Below are positions 49,368 through 61,565 of a DNA stretch of 64,000 nucleotides, piece by piece. The stretch spans positions 1 through 64,000 of the forward strand of contig MU004187.1 of NCBI GenBank assembly GCA_010093605.1. The letters run 5' to 3'. The DNA is from Lophium mytilinum. Lineage: Eukaryota. The notes beneath the pieces were generated by a model. That model had not been told where the DNA came from. It did not search any database and saw only the letters and a program-made list of their open reading frames with translations. The position numbers and the translations under genes are program-made. Numbering within the stretch: position 1 is the first letter of the stretch; each line of letters opens with the position of its first letter.

Positions 49368-49458
49368 AGTAAAACTGCTCGATACGATTTCGAATCCTGC
49401 AATGATAGCATTCTTTATCACACGGTTCGAATGAGCTCTGTCTTGACTTGGCATGTGA

Positions 49459-51324
49459 TCAGATCAATAGCAGATTCTCCGCATCAGTGCCATCCATTAG
49501 ATCCATATAGTTTGTCGGCCGATCCCCCGACCACACCTTCTCCAAAATTTTCATCGCACTCTCAACGTTTCGAAATCCTCCAGAGAGCTGCATCAGCCTA
49601 GCCCTCTCCCGTACCCAAGCCCTCTTACGATCGTCTTTAATCTCGAGTGCGGCATGAAATAAGGGCCATAGCAGCTGATCTGCATACCCAGTAGAGGGTT
49701 GGCATTGCTTCGCGTGGTAGAAGACGCTATGAGCTAGCCACTCGACCTCGTCCTCGTCGTCGCTAGAGTGGAATAGTCGAAGCATGTATAGAACAATAGC
49801 ATGTCGATAGGCCTCCGTCAAATGCAGCCATTGGGGACCACGATCCGTATGCATTTGACGGGTCAGCATTAGCTGTTTCAGATGGCTGACTTCTTCTAAG
49901 ATCTCTCGTGTGGGATGTCCGGGATCCTCTTGTTCTTTGTAGAGGTCGACAATCTTATGAACAATTTCAAACTGGTCGAGGGGACACGGGATCACGTCGT
50001 GGCTCCATTGCTGGCTTGAGTAGTATGTAAATGACTCTATGTCTTCAGTTGAGAAAACTGGTCTACGAGCGTGGGATGCTGCTGCCATTGTATCGAGCCT
50101 GTGACACTGAGTATTAAGAGCTAGAGGATTAGGATATGTCTCACCATGCTAGGCTTTGCTCAACGAAACTGTCAGGCGTTCGCTCAGCTCCTCGTAGTTC
50201 AATAAGTTTCTTCGCGCCCTGAAAATGAGTATCGAACTTGGCGACACCGCCGAGGCAGACCTGTCGTCCACTATTAGTGCTTGCACCAAGTGGAGAGAGT
50301 GGATTTATACATCAGTCATAGTCAGCATCAAAATTGTAGCAAGTGTGGCCGGATTCCTTGCTCTCTCCTCGCAATACAGATCTTCCTGTAACAAACTCAT
50401 AGCTTTTCCACGATACTTGAGGCTTTCATAGTGAAACATCTCATTCGACAGCCGCACATTGTAGTGACAGGCAGCCAGGGCCCCGCAGGCGTAAAGAAGT
50501 GTCTGAGATTGATGAGCCAGTGGTAAGATATACTCTCGATATGGATTCAAGATGGCGTTGTTATCCACACTCATCTTTGGAGCAACTTCCAGAAGGTGGT
50601 ATGAGAGAAGGAAACGCATATCGTGAGGGATGTTGAAGAAATCGAGAGGACGGGTAGGCGTTGCGACGCTGGCTAAAGAACTAGATTCAGCTTCCTCCTC
50701 TTCCAAACCCGATCCAAGAAGTAAGCTTGATGTTCTGATCGTGGGAAGGAGTATGGTATCAGCTCTATCCCCAATATAAGCGTCGTTGTGTTGCAATGTG
50801 GTTCCATAATCAAGATCATCTTCGAAAAGACCTGGCATCTGTGCGAAGTTCGTAAATTCTAGAACCGCGCTCCTTGTATTCGTTTGCGAGGCCTCGACGG
50901 ATGCCCTATCTATGCCCATACGATTCCACATGTAATAGTCCGTATTGGCTCCTGGAACGTCTTCGTCCATACTAAACGTGTTCGTGCTTGGATTCTCATC
51001 TCGCGATTCACAGAGGAGTGGAGTTTCGGGTTGCTCCAATGGACGTGAGGCGTCGAAAATCTCGTTCTGGGCTGATCTGTTCCTCTGGAGCTTACGTCTG
51101 GTACCTTTCGACTGCTTCTTTTGGTGTATAGCTGTATTCTCCATGACCGGTATCTGCCTCCCAGCATTCTTCCCTCTGCTAGCCAGCCCCGCCCACCGCA
51201 AGACATAGCCCTCGCATTCGATGCGCTTCTTCACGCAACTTCCACAGGCCGGTACCACTTTATCACACTTCCGGCCTTGTCGACGACACGTACGGCAAGC
51301 TGTTCCTCCATATCTCGTGGCCAT
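49459..51324 (-). CDS. Zn(II)2Cys6 transcription factor with Fungal_trans_2-like domain
   Basis: ACRTCRRQGRKCDKVVPACGSCVKKRIECEGY; NPYREYILPLA; LLWPLFHAA. Confidence 0.92.
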
Positions 51325-51688
51325 TGTATTGGTAGAGGTGCGGGGGTTGCGGAGGCCCTAGTCGGAAGTGGATGGGAGGAACAGCATCATATAGCTTCGT
51401 CAATAGTGATTCAGGCAATAGAGGGAGAGGATGGCAGTGACTGAACGGCCATAAGGTATTCGGAGGAGACATGTCGCTCTAAGTAGAGACGTGCTGAGCT
51501 GACGACGGCGCGAGATAGCTGTCCGAGGTGCATGCCAAAACGCCCCTAGAATGGCTTTGGTTAGGCTGCATCAACGCGACCATCTTAACCACCATCCTCT
51601 CCATCCTCCAGCCTTCTATCAATCTTCTTCTCGAGCTTCGCTTTATTGACTGCACTAAGTAAGGACATTCTTTCTACCTGGGGTACCA

Positions 51689-51953
51689 TCAAACACTCAA
51701 ACACTCAAACACTCAAACACTCAAACACTCAAACACTCAAACACTCAAACACTCAAACACTCAAACACTCAAACACTCAAACANNNNNNNNNNNNNNNNN
51801 NNNNNNNNNNNNNNNNNNNNNNNNNNNNNNNNNNNNNNNNNNNNNNNNNNNNNNNNNNAAACACTCAAACACTCAAACACTCAAACACTCAAACACTCAA
51901 ACACTCAAACACTCAAACACTCAAACACTCAAACACTCAAACACTCAAACACT
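51689..51953 (+). repeat. Octanucleotide microsatellite (TCAAACAC)n interrupted by a 75-N gap (51784-51858)
   Basis: Perfect 8-bp units on both sides of the gap. Confidence 0.98.
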
Positions 51954-52187
51954 GAGGCATTCAAGCACTAAAGCACCAAGCAACTCTACCTCTACTTCTT
52001 ACTGCTAAATCCGACTCGCAATGGGGCACCGCAGGAAGTTGCCGGGCAACATTAACAAGAAGCAGAAGAGTTTTCGTCTGCATTCGACCTTCGATGATGC
52101 TTTGATTCTAAATGACAGGCAAGCGGGCGTAGATTTCTCTAATCGTCGACCTCAATATCTCTCATCGGTTTCCTATCATGCCTCCAC

Positions 52188-53054
52188 TCAGAACGCGACC
52201 AACCCATCCTTCCCTACAATCTTCCCCACATCCGCATCCCTCTCCCCCTCGACCACACTCTTCAAGACCGCTCCCCCAAGACTCGCAGGCTGGGCTCCCA
52301 TCTCCCTAGCCTTCTCCGGTCCCATACCTCCCAGATTCGTTGCCAGCATCCCAGGGCCAACTCCCCACACCTTAACCCCATCACCTTTCAGCTTGTAGTT
52401 CCAGTCTAGCATCAGCATGTTGAGCGCCGTCTTGCTACACCGATAGCCGATGGTCTCGAAGGCCGTCTTCTTCGGCCATCCTACAGGCTGCGGCGGCGAG
52501 TACAGGTACCGGCCTTCGCTTGCCGCGATCAGTTGGGAGAGTCCCGCGACGAAGATGAGTCGAGGGTCTGCGGAGGCGAGGAGCAGTGGCATGAACGTAT
52601 ATGTCATGACCTGTGTACCAGCGACATTGACGTCGTAGGCTCTATTGAAGCAATCACGGACAGAGGTCTTGCCGGCGAGGAACTCAAGATCGAACGTCGC
52701 GCCTAGGAATGTCAGTTATCATCTGCATATAGATTGCGGAGGAAAGAGGTTAGTTGAAGAGTGCATACCAGCATTGTTCACCAAAGTGTCGAGCCGTCCT
52801 GGACTAGTCTTTACCTGCTCGAAAGCCTTCTCGATCGACTCGTCGCTCGTGAGGTCGAGCTGGACCGCTTCAACCACATTCGTCGACTCTGGGCATTCCT
52901 TCTTGAGCTCCTCGATCGCGAGTTTCGCTTTCTCCAGAGATCGACTGCCCATGATCACATGATGAGGCTTGTCGGATTGCAGCAACGCCTTGACAGTCTC
53001 GTAGCCAATGCCGCCGTTTCCACCAGTGACGAGGACGACTTTTGAAGACGACAT
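52188..53054 (-). CDS. Short-chain dehydrogenase/reductase (intron 52703-52768)
   Basis: TGGNGGIG, LVNNAG, VNVAG, YRCSK catalytic motif, PGMLAT. Confidence 0.93.
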
Positions 53055-53528
53055 GCTTGATTTTCGCTGAACGTTCGTTGAGTGGAAGTTTCTGGTAGAA
53101 AAGATTTTGAGTGATTTGGACAACTGAGTTGAGTAACCTGATTTAATGAACAACTTGATCAGGACAAAGACTGCCTTCTTATAAAACACTCACCTCTCAG
53201 TTGGCCTATGGGTCGGACATAGATGGTAGTCGCTAGTCGGATGAACATTATAGTAGTGTTGTTGACGGGGCGTGCAAAGATGATGTCGCTTCAACCAATA
53301 ACGACCCCACTCTCTGCGCCTAGCAGGCTTTCAAAAGAGCCTCCTGTGGCTACATATCGGATTTAAGAAGCCAGATCTCCCGAGGCTTGGTTAGACCAGA
53401 ATACACGATGAATGTTCACCTCTGATCGACGACGCTAAGCTGTTTTGGGATATACTCTGCGAGGACATCTCAGCTCCAATCAAAGCTAGAGCGGGAGCAC
53501 GACGGCTTTCGGAGCCAAGTGGGTCATC

Positions 53529-53813
53529 CTAACCTCGAGCTTCGGAGTTTAGCGCGTTGCAGAGGAAGGCGGAATTTTTGCTACATGGACAAAGAAAGAG
53601 ACGTGCGCATTTCATAGAGTGAGAACCGTGATTAGATAACACCAGATACAAGAAATTCGATGGTTCCCCGGCGAATCTAATGCGGTACGTGGAGGCACGA
53701 GAGGTAGATGCTTGATGACGAAACACGCAAGGTAGACGGAGACGACTGCATGCTACGCATGTTGGTTTCTGCTCATCGCAGCGCACTTTCCGTCGCCGAC
53801 AATTATCGCAGCC
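53529..53813 (-). pseudogene. Isolated Zn(II)2Cys6 DNA-binding exon (truncated TF or micro-protein)
   Basis: CDNCRRRKVRCDEQKPTCVACSRLRLPC preceded by a GCTGAT...TAG intron acceptor; no TF body before the SDR promoter. Confidence 0.65.
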
Positions 53814-56002
53814 TATGACAAGACCATCAGCTTAAGGTACTTACGAGTAGACGGCGTCGGAAGCGCCTATTGCCTCACGCGGCAACATGCAGGTTCAACG
53901 GTCCATTCGTGCTCAATCACTACGAATCATAATGAACTTTGTAGACAGATGCTATGCCTTCGGCCAAGGCAATCCAAGTCCGTAAGACTATGACTTGGCA
54001 TTTCTGGATCTGCGGAGATTTGGTCCTTTGTTTGCATGATGGCGTCCATTTCCCTCCCCTTCTGGCATACGAAATGGCCTCGCTGATCCACTAATAGGCG
54101 TTTCATGCGAGCTTTGGATCATCGCGAGTCTTGGCTCATCGCGCGCATTGCTGACCACAATTCTAGCGGCCTTGAAAGAGACTCACGGCTGACTCTCAGC
54201 CTTGCTACTCCAAACTCTTCTTTGCATCCCTAAGCTGTGAGATTGAAGAACTGATAAGTAGAGCAGACATTAGAGAAACAAGGAGATATGTACAGAGAGG
54301 TGTAGGGTGTTGAAGTACGAAGAGTTGAGCTGAAGATCCTCGCTTCGGCAAGACGTCGTCCCAGGGAACATCTGGCAGGCTGGGCACCAACCACCATCAC
54401 CATCACCATCACTATCACTATCACATGAGGATAGCCCTTTCGCACTCCTCTCTCATCTTTCTTGAAGGCAAGACCTACAATCTTTCTCCCGTACAGCTCC
54501 CCCTGTGGAACACTAGTATCAGATTGGTTTAAATCCCCAGGGACGTCACTTTGAGCCCCTCCAAACGAATAACATCCCCAATCGCGCTGAAAGAACCAGT
54601 GGGCCAGTTAAGTCCGGCCCATCATCTCCACTCTAACACAAGTCTACTTGCATGTTCTGCGTGAGCTAGACAGCCGGCTTTACCCTGCCGCGGGCAGCTC
54701 CTGGCAACATAGCAGAGATTCGGAGAGCAGCCAAGTCTCCATCTGTACAAGCATATGGTCGGAGAGAGTTTTATTATGAAATAACTAGCTTGTGAAGAGC
54801 GGGCTGGCATCGTCCAAGGCTCGACAACAACCAAGTCATGCGACCGCAAAGCGTCTACCCCCAAAAGCAGTGGAACGCTGAGTAGAATCATTCTGTCACC
54901 CAAGAAGTAGAGCTACACTTGTCCCCCTCCCTTGGTACCGCTTCGCACACCCAGAACTCAGTCCACAAGTTGAGTTTCGAGTAATGCGCTATCCAAGAGC
55001 TCGACTGGAGCGTTGTCCCATTCGCCTATCATTTCTACAAAGAAACACTCTACTTCTATCAGTCATTTTAAAGGATGAAAAACACATGCACACGTGTTTT
55101 AAGAAACACCCTCATTTGAGTCATTGCTTACACCATCAAAATCATACCTCTCGTTCTCTGATGCTGCGTTGTCAGCTGCACCTTCCTAGACTCTCATACT
55201 TACAGTGACAGGCCACAAGTCTGGGCACACTGGTACGCCACTGCTTGGGGTTACCCCACGGGGTTTGAAGACTCAAGGCGATGTCAAGCTACAAGCAGTG
55301 CAGATTGGACTGCTTCTTGACTAATTGCCTGCTCAGCAGCTAGGCTACTCCAAACAGTGGTGTTGGGTGGACAAACTGGAGCAAGACTGCAGCTGGTTAA
55401 AAGAGCCTCAGATACAAAGCTTTAGAGGTTCGAATTAGGCCAACGCTAAAAGCAAGCCAAACCATGGATCGAGGGGATACAGTTTCGTCATATTCGTCAA
55501 GTGTCCGCAGTCACGAGGGTCGAAAGATCTAGACCATCATCCTACCACCAAGCATCGCGGATGCCGAATCAGAGCCCCCAACATTACCTACGCTCGTTCA
55601 TCCTGCATCGTGAATACCTCTGTGTGACTCGGAGTATGGCTTTGTCAATCGCCATGCGCATTTACGATTCGACACTAAGTGGACATATATGGGGATGATC
55701 GGTCGCAGTCGTAATGCGGCTAGCACCTTCCCCACACGACCACGACTTCACCTGTTCAGGCCTGTAACTCACATGCCACTTTCTAACGCCGATGTTAGCT
55801 AGCAAGTCCCGAATCGATGGAGTTGCGATCTAGTCGAGAAGACCCACCATGAGACAAAGCCACGAGCTCCAGCGGTGCGCTGACAGCTCTCCCCACTTCA
55901 TCCAAAAGATGATACCTCCATACTTGCAGCTACGCATGGGAAAAAGCACCTTTGCAACTCCAGGAGAGCCGTATCCCTCATTTCTAATTCTATTCAGATG
56001 AG

Positions 56003-57375
56003 ATGCGCCCACCAGGGTCGGTGATATTCGCCGCCTCCGCTCCTTTCAGCTTCAAATGGCAAGTCATCGGGCCTGTTACAGCACTCAACGTGCTGGCTGT
56101 CGTTTTCGTTGCATTGAGATGGTATAGCCGTGTCTCTTTAACCCGGAAAGTGGGATTAGATGACTATATCATTACCTTCGCACTGGTAAACCTACTCCCA
56201 GAACCTCTTCAGGCGTAGACTGAACGATCAAGGCACTATCAATGTTAATGACCGCACTTATTATAACTGGTTAGTTCTCGAATCAAAGGTCGGCTACTCA
56301 ACACACCATACTCTAACACGATATACAGCGCTCTGTTTTGATCGGGGCAACATAGATTGGCATATAGACTGGCACGCGCTTGAAGACATAACAGTTGTAA
56401 GCCTTCAACTCCCCTTCCATACTTCTCCCACAAACAAGACACCAACTTACCTATCAGCTCGTCTACACCAACAACGCGCTCTACCAAACCGCCATAAACC
56501 TCATCAAATGCTCCATCGTCGTTCAATTCCTCCGCATCTTCACAGGGCCGGTCCCCACTCGCATCTGCCACGGCATCCTCCTCCTCCTCCTCATCGCCGC
56601 CTGCTGGGGCGTCTTCGGCGGCATCTTTCTTTGCATTCCGATCAGAAAATACTGGCACCCCGATTTCAAGGGCCACTGCATGAATTCCCACGCATACTGG
56701 TATTCCGCGGCTGGCCTGAACATCATGAATGACTTCATCGTGTGGCTCTTCCCAATGCCGTTTATAAAGCAGCTACGGTTACCCACAAGACAGAAGATAG
56801 GACTAGCGATAGTTTTTAGTCTAGGAGGACTGGTATGTATCATCAGCGTCCTCCGCATGCTCCTTGTCCGCATCGCTGTCATAAAAGGCGACCATATCCG
56901 TACGCCCCTTCACCGCTTCCATTCTCTCCTTAGTAGGCCCCTCCTCACCTCTCATCTAGAGTCTGGCAAAGAAGCCCTCCTCTGGTCCGCCCTTGAAGTC
57001 AACATTGCCATCGTCTGCGCGTGCATGATGGCGCTGAAGCCGCTTTTGGTGCACCTCTTTCCCCGCCTTATGGAGCCCAAAAAGCCGGCACCTCACAGCA
57101 TGATGCTGCCAATGCTGGATACCAGCTTCTGGGGCACGACAGTCACGACGTCGGCGCGGAGAAGTAGCACGTGCGTGGAGGCGCCCGAGGGGCCGTGGAT
57201 TAAGGTGGATACCGAGACGGTGGTAGGAGAGGAGAGGGTTGGGTTGGGGACCGAGGATGCTTCTGTGGGGTGTTCGGTCCAGGGGACAGGATATAGATTG
57301 GGGGAGGAGAGGATGGGGCATCCCTCGGAGGAATGGACGATGAACAGTAACAGTACAGAGAGGAGCCAGACCTAG
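56003..57375 (+). CDS. PTH11-like integral membrane protein (fungal rhodopsin domain, no CFEM), multi-exon
   Basis: ALRWYSR...GLDDY; FLCIPIRKYWHP...GHC; LRLPTRQKIGLAIVFSLG; WSALEVNIAIVCAC. Confidence 0.88.
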
Positions 57376-57496
57376 CTCAGCAGCGAACAACACCGCATAT
57401 TCTTTTCCCATCACCTGAGTAAACCTCATCTTCTTCCACTGTCGATAGACGAAATATCCGTGCAGAACCATGATTCAGCGTGAAATCGATATACCA

Positions 57497-58180
57497 TCAC
57501 CTCCCAAACACCCTCCTCCCGATCCCCAGCACCGGCACGACAACCACCCTCGCAAACCACGGCGTCGCCCACACGCTCCCCACCAGCCGCACCGGCAACA
57601 GCGCCTTCGTAATCGCGTACGCCGTCGCCACCTCGACCACCAGCCGAACCCCATTTCCATTTCCCCTTCTCTCATCCTGTACCGCCACCCCCTCCCTCGC
57701 ACGTTCCGCCGCAGCCACCTCCCCCTCCCTCTCCCCCTCCGTATCCTCAACCCATCCCTTTCGCCGGAAATACCGCCCAAACCTCTCAATGCCGCTCGCG
57801 ACCCACTCGCCCTCCACGATCGAGCTCGGCAGGTAGTTCGTGTAGTGAAACAGTGCCGTGAGCGCAAACAGCGGGACGATGGCGGTCAATTCGTGGAGGA
57901 GGAGAAATGCAGTAACGGTAGACGCGGGGGCGGAGGCGAGGGGGGTGGTGTAGGGGTGGAGGAAGCGGGGGACTGTGTGATTACTTGGTTAGCTATAGTT
58001 CGAGAGACAAGGGGCGGGGATATGTTGCATACGACGGGAGTTGATGCGGTCGATTCGAGATCTGGTGGGGGGAGGGGTGGAATTGGAGGCGTGTCGTGAA
58101 TGCGGAGAGGCGTGAGGGGTGCGGAGGTGCGGTCGGCGGAGGTGGTGGGCGAGACGACGGAGGAGGGTGAGACGTTTCAT
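57497..58180 (-). CDS. MRX11: Mrx11-like mitochondrial protein (FLILHELTA family), 1 intron
   Basis: Arg-rich presequence; AFLLLHELTAIVPL; ATAYAITKALLPVR..SVWATPWFAR. Confidence 0.85.
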
Positions 58181-58672
58181 TTTAAGGATTGTTCGGTAGA
58201 GGTCTGGAGGAGGTGGATCATGGTGCAGTATAGAAGAAACCTCGGGACGGAGACATGGTGGCTGTGGGACGGAGGTGGTGATGTCGGAGCGCAAGCTTCA
58301 TGACGAGGATATCGGGCATCTCGAGCATCACGTGCTACAAGCTATAGACGCATTGAGTTTAATCTACATCATCTTAAGCAAGCTCAGTACTCCCGCCCTA
58401 AGCTACAAATACGAATTATCATGATTCATGCCAGGGACGTGTCCGAGATTCACAGAAAAGGGCCGTCTGAAATGAATAGCACAGTACTGAAGGTCTATTC
58501 GCTCCAATGAACAGCCTCATACAAACACCCCTCTCATCCACCCTTCTCACCCATTTCTCTCGTTCCCCCATTATGGTACTCCCCACTCATATTCCTTGAC
58601 CGCTCGTACTATCGATATTCTTCTCTCCCTTCCCCATCAACGTGCCCTCAGATCCTCACTCCATCACTCCCT

Positions 58673-61074
58673 TCACTGCACTTGATTAACAATCTCGCTC
58701 GCCCTCGTCAGGCTCTCCACCATCTGCTGGCATTCCTTCCGCCTCCTGACCGTGTACTCGCTCTCCTTGAGCAGCTCATCAAACTCCTCCGTCTTGTACA
58801 TGTTCTCGAGCAACTCGCGCTGCATCTCCTCTTTCGTGAGCTGGACTAGGTTAAGCATGATGGCTTTGGGTACCATGTCGATCATTGTACGGCGAACGAT
58901 GTTGAAATAGGACGTTATGAGCAGCTCTGTGGAGGGTTGTTAGTGAGAAACGCGCGAAAACCTAGTCAAGTCCCAAAACACTCACTGATAACCTCAACCT
59001 CCTGCGTCTCCTTCTCGCTCAGCGTGCCACTCGCCTTAAGGGTCGAAGGCGGCGGTTCCATAGCCGCCATCTTCTTCTTGTTCTTGCTCGCGAAGAACGA
59101 ACCGAAGAAGCCCGAGTTGTCGTTACCATCCAGACTTGGACTGATGGACCGTGGTGGTACACTAGGTGGCAGGGGCTTTCCGGTTTTGGGATCGACTTGT
59201 TGAGGTTTCGAGGCGTTGTGACGTTCGTGGATGATAGCCATGGCCTGCTGGAAATGTTAGCGGGGATGTCCCAAGAATGAAAATATGTACAGGGGTGAAG
59301 AGGCTGTCGAACTGACCCTTGAGCCATTGATGAAATCAGGATGCCCTGTGTTGATATAGGTTGCCTCCATCGCGACCAGATCCTTAACAAGCTTGTTCGC
59401 TGGATCCATCGCCTTCTTGAAAAATGAAACAGCAACAGCATGGAACTTCTCCTTCAGCGCGGGGTACCTCCTGAACATGGGCTTAGTCAAAAGCTGGCCG
59501 AGGATACGGATTAACTCGTCGTAGACTAGCGACACACATTTCAAGCTGGGGTCTTCCAATCGCTTGATTTGCTGCTTGACAATGAGCTCGAAAGCGGTAG
59601 TACCGACGAATAGCGCTGGAGACGAGCCCGAGGAGTTGTAGAGAACGGTGCGGATATCGATGTCCTTGACTTGGTCGAAGGGGTCTACCGCCTTGACACC
59701 GTTGGCGTAGAGCTCGTGGTAAACGAAGCTGATTCTAGCACCACCCGATAGTTCTATGCTGGATAGTTCTTGATTATTGCCGTCAAGGACTGATCGGTAT
59801 TCGTTGGAGAACTCTGTAATCATGTTGAGGACGACATTTGAGTTATTGCCAAGAAGTGAATCTCCGAGAGAGAGCAGTTCCGCCTGGTATTTCTGCAACG
59901 AGGAAGCGATTCGGGCCTTGATGTCGGGAAGGGTTTGTTTGATGTGCATCATAAGAATCTTAAGCTTAGGGTTAGCGCTTGCCTTGTCCTCAGACAACCA
60001 GGGGACACCATACCAAGTTCAACTTTCGCGCAAGGTACGGGGTACCACAGTACGCTGCCTTGTTGCGGTACGCCTTGTGCGTCTCGAAGAATTGCCTCTC
60101 ATGCTCCAGCGCATACGAAATGGCCTTCTTGTTCTCGATGTCCCTCTGCCCTCGATTGACCACGGGAACGTAGCCTAGTCGTAGCGGAATGATTCGTCCA
60201 GCTAGAATATCCACAACATCGGTTCCGTCGTCCATCAAATCGACCTTGGTAAGAACGCCGATTGTCCTCTGCCCCTCAGGATCCACTTCGCGCGCCAGCT
60301 TCAGCCCATCCGAGTTTGCCAAATCCGTGTTTGCAGCAGTGACTGCTAGTATTATCGCGTTGGACTTGCTGATCTGCTTCAGCACCATGTCCTTGATCTG
60401 TCGCTCGATGTCCCGCGGCTGGTCTCCTACCGGCACTTTCGTCAAGCCTGGCAAATCCACTAGCGTCAGGGTGAGGACGTTCGGCGAGTATATCCGCAGG
60501 TTGATGGGCGCCGGCGAAATGCCCGCATTCCGCCCTGTCTTGGAGTCCGTCTCCCGCACAATTTCCTCCCGAATCTTGTTGAAGTCGTGGAACTTTTGGC
60601 CGGGGATGTGTAGGAACTCGCCCCACTCGTCGACATTCGACTCGGCGTCGGACGTCTTCATGTCCTCGGATATGCCATTTGCTTGCGGTTTGCTCGCCGG
60701 GGCGCGGTTTATCAGTTGTAGAATGAGCGGTCGTCGCGTTACTATGCCTGTTCCACGCGGTAGGCTAGAAGTCGTAGATGTCAGTTCTGTGCTATCTGGG
60801 AGCCTCCCAGGGATGAAGTCCTTACAAATCTCTCCCCACGATGTTCTCTAGCACGGAGCTCTTGCCACTGGATTGCGATCCTACGACGGCAATCTGGGGT
60901 AAATCTATGGGGTTTTGTACCTGCAGCAGGGGTCAGTAGGCTGCTGTGGGATATCGCATGCGCTGCAGGAGCGGTACGTACTCCGACGGTGGTGAAGACA
61001 TCCTGGAGCTTGTTGACGAGCGTAATAAGACCCGGATCATTGACGTTGATCGCGGTGGGGTTCACCGTCGCCAT
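58673..61074 (-). CDS. VPS1: Dynamin-like GTPase Vps1, multi-exon
   Basis: [53 protein letters not shown] insert, GED ending VNQVQ. Confidence 0.97.
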
Positions 61075-61565
61075 GGTGCCGTGTATGTATGGGGGATAAC
61101 TGCTGGTGTGGGCAGCTGGGGGTACAGATCTGAGCGCTGTCCCGCTTGTAAGGGCGTGTCTGAGAAATAGGCAGTCCTCAGACAGTGTTTCCCAGGGTCT
61201 TTCGGAAGGGTCTTTCAAGAATGTAGTTTGTGTTTGCGGGTGTCGAAGCGGCGAGTGTTGAGCTGGTCGGTGTTAGACGGGCAGCTGGCCCACTTGCAAT
61301 CGATGCGGCGTCACAAGCCAGCTCACGTGACGCAGAGTCGTGGCGCAGTCTCACATCTAATTCTGCAGCCTGAAGCCTCATCACTGGACGCGTACGCACT
61401 GGAAAGCCACCCAGTCTTCATTTGTACATACACGCAATCTAACCTGGCCTCTGTAGCTAAACTAGGAATTCGCTGCCTCCAAAGACTGCACTCCACATCC
61501 TCAATATTCGCTGCCTCCAAAGACTACACCCCACATCCTCAATATACAGCAGTTGAACAGCACAC

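Noticed and set aside
51646..52008. ORF with (LKHSNTQT)n repeats
   Set aside because: Translation of the 8-bp microsatellite across an N gap, with a non-ATG start.
42093..53054. Secondary-metabolite biosynthetic cluster
   Set aside because: No PKS, NRPS, terpene cyclase, DMATS or RiPP-like precursor seen; the gene set looks catabolic.
53900..55990. Hidden gene or ncRNA in the 2-kb intergenic stretch
   Set aside because: Only short motif-less ORFs, a (CACCAT)n-like tract and a small GGGG/CCCC hairpin (~55247); nothing supportable.
13231..57400. Starship or other giant mobile element carrying the clusters
   Set aside because: No DUF3435 tyrosine recombinase, cargo markers or boundary repeats recognised in the window.
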